Source: the human T2T-CHM13v2.0 reference genome, Homo sapiens
Assembly (NCBI RefSeq): GCF_009914755.1
Contig: NC_060933.1
Direction: 5' to 3' (one strand)
DNA length: 64,000 nucleotides
The position numbers and the translations under genes were made by a program. The notes below the pieces were generated by a model. The model did no database searches and was not told the origin of the DNA. It was given only the letters and a program-made list of their open reading frames with translations. Position 1 is the stretch's first letter, and every line of letters starts with the position of its first letter. Of this stretch, positions 57,326 through 64,000 are shown in pieces.

Positions 57326-60300
57326 TGGAACGGAACGGAATGGAATGGAATGGAATGGAATGGAATGGAATCAACGCGAGTGCAGGGGAATGGAATGGAA
57401 TGGAATGCAATGGAATGGAATCTTTCGGAATGGAATGGAATGGAATGGAATGGAATGAAATGCAATGGATTCAACTCGATAGCAATGGAATGTAATAGAA
57501 TGGAATGGAATGTAAAGGAATGGAATTAATCCGAATAGAATGGAATGGAATGGAATGGAACGGAACGGAACGGAATGGAATGGAATGGAATGGAATGGAA
57601 TGGAATGGTATGGAATGGAATGGAATGGTACGGAATAGAATGGAATGGAACGAATTGTAATGGACTGGAATTGAATGGAATGGAATGGAATGGAATGGAA
57701 TCAACGCGAGTGCAGGGGAATGTAATGGAACGGAATGCAATGGAATGGAATCATCCGGAATGGAATGGAATGGAATGGAATGGAATGGAATCAACCCGAG
57801 TGCAATGGAATGGAGTGGAATGGAATGGAATGGAATGGAACAACCCGAATGGAATGGAATGTAATGGAGAGTAAAGGAGTTGAATAGAATCAATCCGAAT
57901 GTAATGGAATGGAATGCAACGGAATGGAATGGAATGGAATGGAATGGAATGCAATGGAATGGAATGGAATGGAATCAACGCGAGTGCAGGGGAATGTAAT
58001 GTAATGGAATGCAATGGAATGGAATCTTCCGGAATGGAATGGGATGGAATGGAATGGAATCAACCCGATTGCAATGGAATGGAGTGGAATGGAATGGAAT
58101 GGAATGGAACAACCCGAATGGAATCGAAAGTAATGGAGAGTAAGGGAGTTGAATTGAATCAATCCGAATGTAATGGAATGGAATGGAACGGAATGGAATT
58201 GAATGGAATGGAATGGAATGCAATGGAATGGAATCAACCCGAGTGCAATGGAATGGAGAGGAATGGAATGGAATGGAGTGGAAACTACCCGAATGGAATG
58301 GAATGTAATGGAGTGTAAGGGAATTGAATACAATCAATCCGAATGTAATGGAAAGGAATGGAACTGAATGGAATGGAATGGAATGGAATGGAATGGAATG
58401 GAATGCAATGGAATGGAATCAACCCGAGTACAATCGAATGGAATCGAATGGAATGGAATGCAATGGAATGGAATCAACTCGATTGCAATCGAATGGAATG
58501 GAATGGAATTAACCCGAATAGAATGGAATGGAATGGAATGGAAAGGAACGGAATGGAATGGAATGGAATTGAATGGAACGGAACAGAATGGAATGGAATG
58601 GAATGGAAAGGAATCAACGCAAGTGCAGGGGAATGGAATGGAATGGAATGCAATGGAATGGAATCTTCCGGAATGGAATGGAATGGAATGGAATGGAATG
58701 AAATGCAATGGATTCAACTCGATTGCAATGGAATGGAATAGAATGGAATTGAATGGAATGGAATGGAATTAACCCGAATAGAATGGAATGGAATGCAATG
58801 GAACTGAATGGAACGGAATGGAATGGAATGGAATGGAATGGAATCATCGCGAGTGCAGGGGAATGTAATGGAACGGAATGCAATGGAATGGAATCATCCG
58901 GAATGGAATGGAATGGAATGGAATGGAATGGAATTGAATGGAATGGAATCAACCCGAGTGCAATGGAATGGAGTGGAATGGAATGGAATGGAATGGAATG
59001 GAACAACCCGAATGGAATGGAATGTAATGCAGAGTAAGGGAGTTGAATAGAATCAGTCCGAATGTAATGGAATGGAATGCAACGGAATGGAATTGAATGG
59101 AATGGAATGGAATGCAAGGGAATGCAATCAACCCGAGTACAATGGAATGGAATGGAATGGAATGGAATGGAATGGAATGGAATGGAATGGAATGGAATGC
59201 CTTCAAACCGAATGGAATGGAAAGGAATGGAATCAACACGAGTGGAATGGAATGGAATGGAATGGAATGGAATGGAATGGAATGATACGTAATAGAATGG
59301 AATGGAACGAAATGGAATGGAATGGAATGGAATGCAATGGAATGGAATGGAATGGAATGGAATCGTTCCGAGTGGAATAGGAGGGAATGTATTCGAGTGG
59401 AATGGAAAGGAATGGAATGGAATGGAAAGGAATACATTGGAATCAACCCGAGTGGAATGGAATGGAAAGGACTCTAATGGAGTGGAATGGAATGTAATGG
59501 AATGGAATGGAATCAACTCGACTGGAATGGAATGGAATAGAATGGAATTAACCCGAATAGAATGGAATGGAATGGAATGGAACGGAATGGAACGGAATGG
59601 AATGGAATGGAATGGAATGGAATGGAATGGAACGGAAAGGAATGGAATGGAATGGAATGGAACGGAATGGAATGGAATGGAATGGAATCAACGCGAGTGC
59701 AGGGGAATGGAATGGAATGGAATGCAATGGAATGGAATCTTCCGGAATGGAATGGATTTGAATGGAATGGAATGGAATAAACCCGAGTGCAATGGAATGG
59801 AGTGGAATGGAATGCAATGGAATGGAATCAACCCGAGTGCAATCGAATGGAATCGAATGGAATGGAATGCAATGGAATGGATTCAACTTGAATGGAATGG
59901 AAAGAATGGAATCAACACGAGTGGAAAGGCATGGATTGGAATGCAATGGAATGGAATCAACCCGAGTACAGGGGAATGGAATGGAATGGAATGCAATGGA
60001 ATGGAATCATCCGTAATGGAATGGAAAGGAATGGAATGGAGTGGAATGGAATGGAATGGAATCAACACGATTGCAATCGAATGGAATGGAATCAATTAAC
60101 CCGAATAGAATGGAATGGAATGGAATGGAACAGAACGGAATGGAATGGAATGGAATGGAATGGAACGGAACGGAACGGAACGGAATGGAATGGAATGGAA
60201 TGGAATGGAATGGAATGGAATGGAATCAACGCGAGTGCAGGGGAATGAAATGGAATGGAATCATCCGGAATGGAATGGAATGGAATGGAATGGAATCAAC

Positions 60301-63300
60301 CCGAGTGCAATGGAATGGAGAGGAATGGAATAGAATGGAATGGAAACTACCCGAATGGAATGGAATGTAATGGAGTGTAAGGCAATTGAATAGAATCAAT
60401 CCGAATATAATGGAATGGAATGTAATGGAATGGAATGGAATGGAATGGATTGGAATGGAAGGCAATGGAATGGAATCAACCCGAGGGCAATCGAACGGAA
60501 TCGAATGGAATGGAATGCAATCGAATGGATTCAACTTGAATGGAATGGAAAGAATGCAATCAACACGAGTGGAATGGCATGGATTGGAATGGAATGGAAT
60601 GGAATCAACCCGAGTACAGGGGAATGGAATGGAATGGAATGCAATGGCATGGAATCATCCGTAATGGAATGGAAAGGAATGGAATGGAATGGAATGGAAT
60701 GGAATGGAATCAACTCGATTGCAATCGAATGGAATGGAATGGAATTAACCCGAATAGAATGGAATGGAATGGAATGGAACGGAACGGAACGGAATGGAAT
60801 GGATTGGAATGGAATGGAATGGAATGGAATGGAACGGAACGGAATGGAATGGAATGGAATGGAACGGAACGGAATGGAATGGAATGGAATGGAATGGAAT
60901 CAACGCGAGTGCAGGGGAATGGAATGGAATGGAATGCAATGGAATGGAAACTTCCGGAATGGAATGGAATGGAATGGAATGAAATGCAATGGATTCAACT
61001 CGATTGCAATGGAATGGAATAGAATGGAATGGAATGGCATGGAATGGAATTAATCCGAATAGAATGGAATGGTATGGAAAGGAATGGAATGGTACGGAAT
61101 AGAATGGAATGGAACGAATTGTAATGGAATGGAATTGAATGGAATGGAATGGAATGGAATGGAATCAACGCGAGAGCAGGGGAATGTAATGGAACGGAAT
61201 GCAATGGAATGGAATCATCCGGAATGGAATGGAATGGAATGGAATGGAATGGAATGGAATGGAATGGAATCAACCGGAGTGCAATGGAATGGAGTGGAAT
61301 GGAATGGAATGGAATGGAACAACCCGAATGGAATGGAATGTAATGGAGAGTAAGGGAGTTGAATAGAATCAATCCGAATGTAATGGAATGGAATGCAACG
61401 GAATGGAATGGAATGGAATGGAATGGAATGGAATGGAATGCAATGGAATGGAATCAACCCGAGTACAATGTAATGTAATAGAATGGAATGGAATGGAATG
61501 GAATGGAATGGAATGGAATGATACGGAATAGAATGGAATGGAAAGAAATGGAATGGAATGGAATGGAATGGAATGGAATGGAATGGAATCGTTCCGAGTG
61601 GAATAGGAGGGAATGTATTCGAGTGGAATGAAAATGAATGGAATCAACCAGAGTGGAATGGAAGGGAATGGAATGGAATGGAAACTAATAGAATGGAATC
61701 AACCCGAGTGGAATGGAATGGAAAGGACTGGAATGGAATGGAATGGAATGGAATCAACTAGATTGTAATGGAATGGAATGGAATGGAATGGAATGGAATG
61801 GAATGGAATGGAATGGAATTAACCCGAATACAATGGAATGGAATGGAATGGAATGGAACGGAGTGGAATGGAATGGAATCAACCCGAGTGCAGGAGAATG
61901 GAATGGAATGGAATGCAATGGAATGGAATCATCCGGAATGGAATGGAATGGAATGGAATGCAAAGCAATGGAATCAACTCGATTGCAATGGAATGGAATG
62001 GAATGGAAGGGAATAACTTGGAATCAACCCGAGTGGAATGGAATGGAAAGGACTGGAATGGAGTGGAATGGAATGGAATGGAATGGAATGGAATGGAATG
62101 GAATCAACTTGATTGGAATGGAATGGAATTGAATGGTATGGAATGGAATGGAATCAACCCGACTGCAGGGGAATGGAATGGAATGGAATGCAATGGAATG
62201 GATTCAACTTGAATGGAATGGAAAGAATGGAATCAACACGAGTGGAATGGCATGGATTGGAATGGAATGGAATGGAATCAACCCGAGTACAGGGGAATGG
62301 AATGGTATGGAATGCAATGGAATGGAATCATCCGTAATGCAATGGAAAGGAAAGGAATGGAATGGAATGGAATGGAATGGAATGGAATGGAATCAACTCG
62401 ATTGCAATCGAGTGGAATGGAATGGAATTAACCGGAATAGAATGGAATGGAATGGAATGGAACGGAACGGAACGGAATGGAATGGAATGAAATGGAATGG
62501 AATGGAACGGAAAGGAATGGAATGGAATGGAATGGAATGGAATGGAATGGAATGGAATGGAATCAACGCGAGTGCAGGGTCATGGAATGGAATGGAATGC
62601 AATGGAATGGAATCTTCCGGAATGGAATGGAATTGAATGGAATGGAATGGAATGGAATGGAATAAACCCGAGTGCAATGGAATGGAGTGGAATGGAATGG
62701 AATGGAATGGAACAACCCGAATGGAATGGATTGTAATGGAGACTAAGGGAGTTGAATAGAATCAATCCGAATGTAATGGAATGGAATGGAACGGAATGGA
62801 ATTGAATGGAATGGAATGGGATGCAATGGAATGGAATCAACCCGAGTGCAATGGAATGGAGAGGAATGGAATGGAATGGAATGAAATCTACCCGAATGGA
62901 ATGCAATGTAATTGAGTGTAAGGGAATTGAATAGAATTAATCCGAATGTAATGGAATGGAATGGAATGGAATGGAATGGAATGGAATGGAATGCAATGGA
63001 ATGGAATCAACCCGAGTGCAATCGAATGGAATCGAATGGAATGGAATGCAATGGAATGGATTCAACTTGAATGGAATGGAAAGAAAGGAATCAACACGAG
63101 TGGAAGGGCATGGATTGGAATGCAATGGAATGGAATCAACCCGAGTACAGGGGAATGGAATGGAATGGAATGCAATGGAATGGAATCATCCGTAATGGAA
63201 TGGAAAGGAATGGAATGGAATGGAATGGAATGGAATCAACACGATTGCAATCGAATGGAAAGGAATGGAATTAACCCGAATAGAATGGAATGGAATGGAA

Positions 63301-64000
63301 TGGAACGGAACGGAACGGAATGGAATGGAATGGAATGGAACGGAACAGAACGGAATGGAATGTAATGGAATGGAATGGAATGGAATCAACGCGAGTGCAG
63401 GGGAATGGAATGGAATGGAATGCAATGGAATGGAATCTTCCGGAATGGAATGGAATGGAATGGAATGGAATGAAATGCAATGGATTCAACTCGATTGCAA
63501 TGGAATGGCATAGAATGGAATGGAATGGAACGGAATGGAACGGAATGGAATGGAATGGAATGGAATGGAATGGAATGGTATGGAATGGAATGGAATGGTA
63601 CGGAATAGAATGGAATGGAACGAATTGTAATGGAATGGAATTGAATGGAATGGAATGGAATGGAATGGAATCAACGCGAGTGCAGGGGAATGTAATGGAA
63701 CGGAATGCAATGGAATGGAATCATCCGGAATGGAATGGAATGGAATGGAATGGAATCAACCCGACTACAATGGAATGGAGTGGAATGGAATGGAATGGAA
63801 TGGACCAACCCGAATGGAATGGAATGTAATGGAGAGTAAGGGAGTTGAATAGAATCAATCCGAATGTAATGGAATGGTATGCAACGGAATGGAATGGAAT
63901 GGAATGGAATGGAATGGAATGGAATGCAAAGGAATGGAATCAACCCGAGTGGAATGGCATGGAATGGAATGCAATGGAATGGAATGGAATGGAATCAACT

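Larger units (their letters stand above)
1..64000 (+). repeat. Satellite III (HSat3) array, (GGAAT)n with interspersed CAACCCGAGT-type decamers; single orientation
   Basis: Continuous GGAAT pentamers from first to last base, with variants GGAAC, GCAAT, GTAAT, AGAAT and decamers CAACCCGAGT/CAACGCGAGT/CAACACGAGT/CAACTCGATT/TAACCCGAAT. This pentamer-plus-decamer pattern is the classical description of human satellite III. No CATTC-oriented block seen. Confidence 0.97.

Noticed and set aside
15-63943. Hundreds of ORFs on both strands as protein-coding genes
   Set aside because: GGAAT/ATTCC repeats have no stop codon in any frame. The ORFs overlap in all frames, translate to MEWNG/IPFHS repeats, show no domains, and change frame between near-identical copies through 5-bp indels.
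1-64000. CRISPR-like repeat/spacer array suggested by the recurring cassettes
   Set aside because: The intervening sequence is GGAAT repeat rather than unique spacers, spacing is irregular, and there are no cas genes or leader.
1-64000. Alpha satellite, HSat2 or telomeric repeat
   Set aside because: No 171-bp alphoid monomer, CENP-B box or TTAGGG was seen. HSat2-type (CATTCGATTC-dominated) sequence is not prevalent; pure GGAAT with CAACCCGAGT decamers indicates HSat3.
1-64000. Embedded Alu/L1/LTR insertion, unique island or inversion breakpoint
   Set aside because: Read end to end, I saw no poly-A tail, target-site duplication, non-satellite stretch or switch to CATTC. Even the most diverged cassettes stay in pentamer register.

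Overview
The whole 64 kb is human/primate Satellite III (HSat3) pericentromeric DNA: (GGAAT)n on the + strand throughout, interrupted by CAACCCGAGT-type decamers and a small set of recurring diverged cassettes. I see no genes, transposons, alpha satellite, CRISPR array or strand inversion. All listed ORFs (poly-MEWNG / poly-IPFHS) arise because the pentamer has no stop codon. A recurring ~160-bp cassette resembles my recollection of the chromosome 9 pHuR98 SatIII variant, so 9q12 is the likely but unverified origin. Three local near-identical multi-kb expansions are visible: a 7.1-7.6 kb unit (~2.8 copies, 0.8-21.7 kb), a 4.2 kb unit (2 copies, 21.8-30.2 kb) and an 8.0/5.5/8.0 kb unit (35.8-57.3 kb). 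More diverged satellite lies between and after them and holds older partial copies. The most interesting signals are about 44 perfect heat-shock elements (nGAAnnTTCnnGAAn) at one fixed cassette position, an invariant 175-bp spacing between two paralogous cassettes, and deletions whose breakpoints fall in shared cassettes. I found no protein-coding novel system. All counts and boundaries were read by eye and are approximate.
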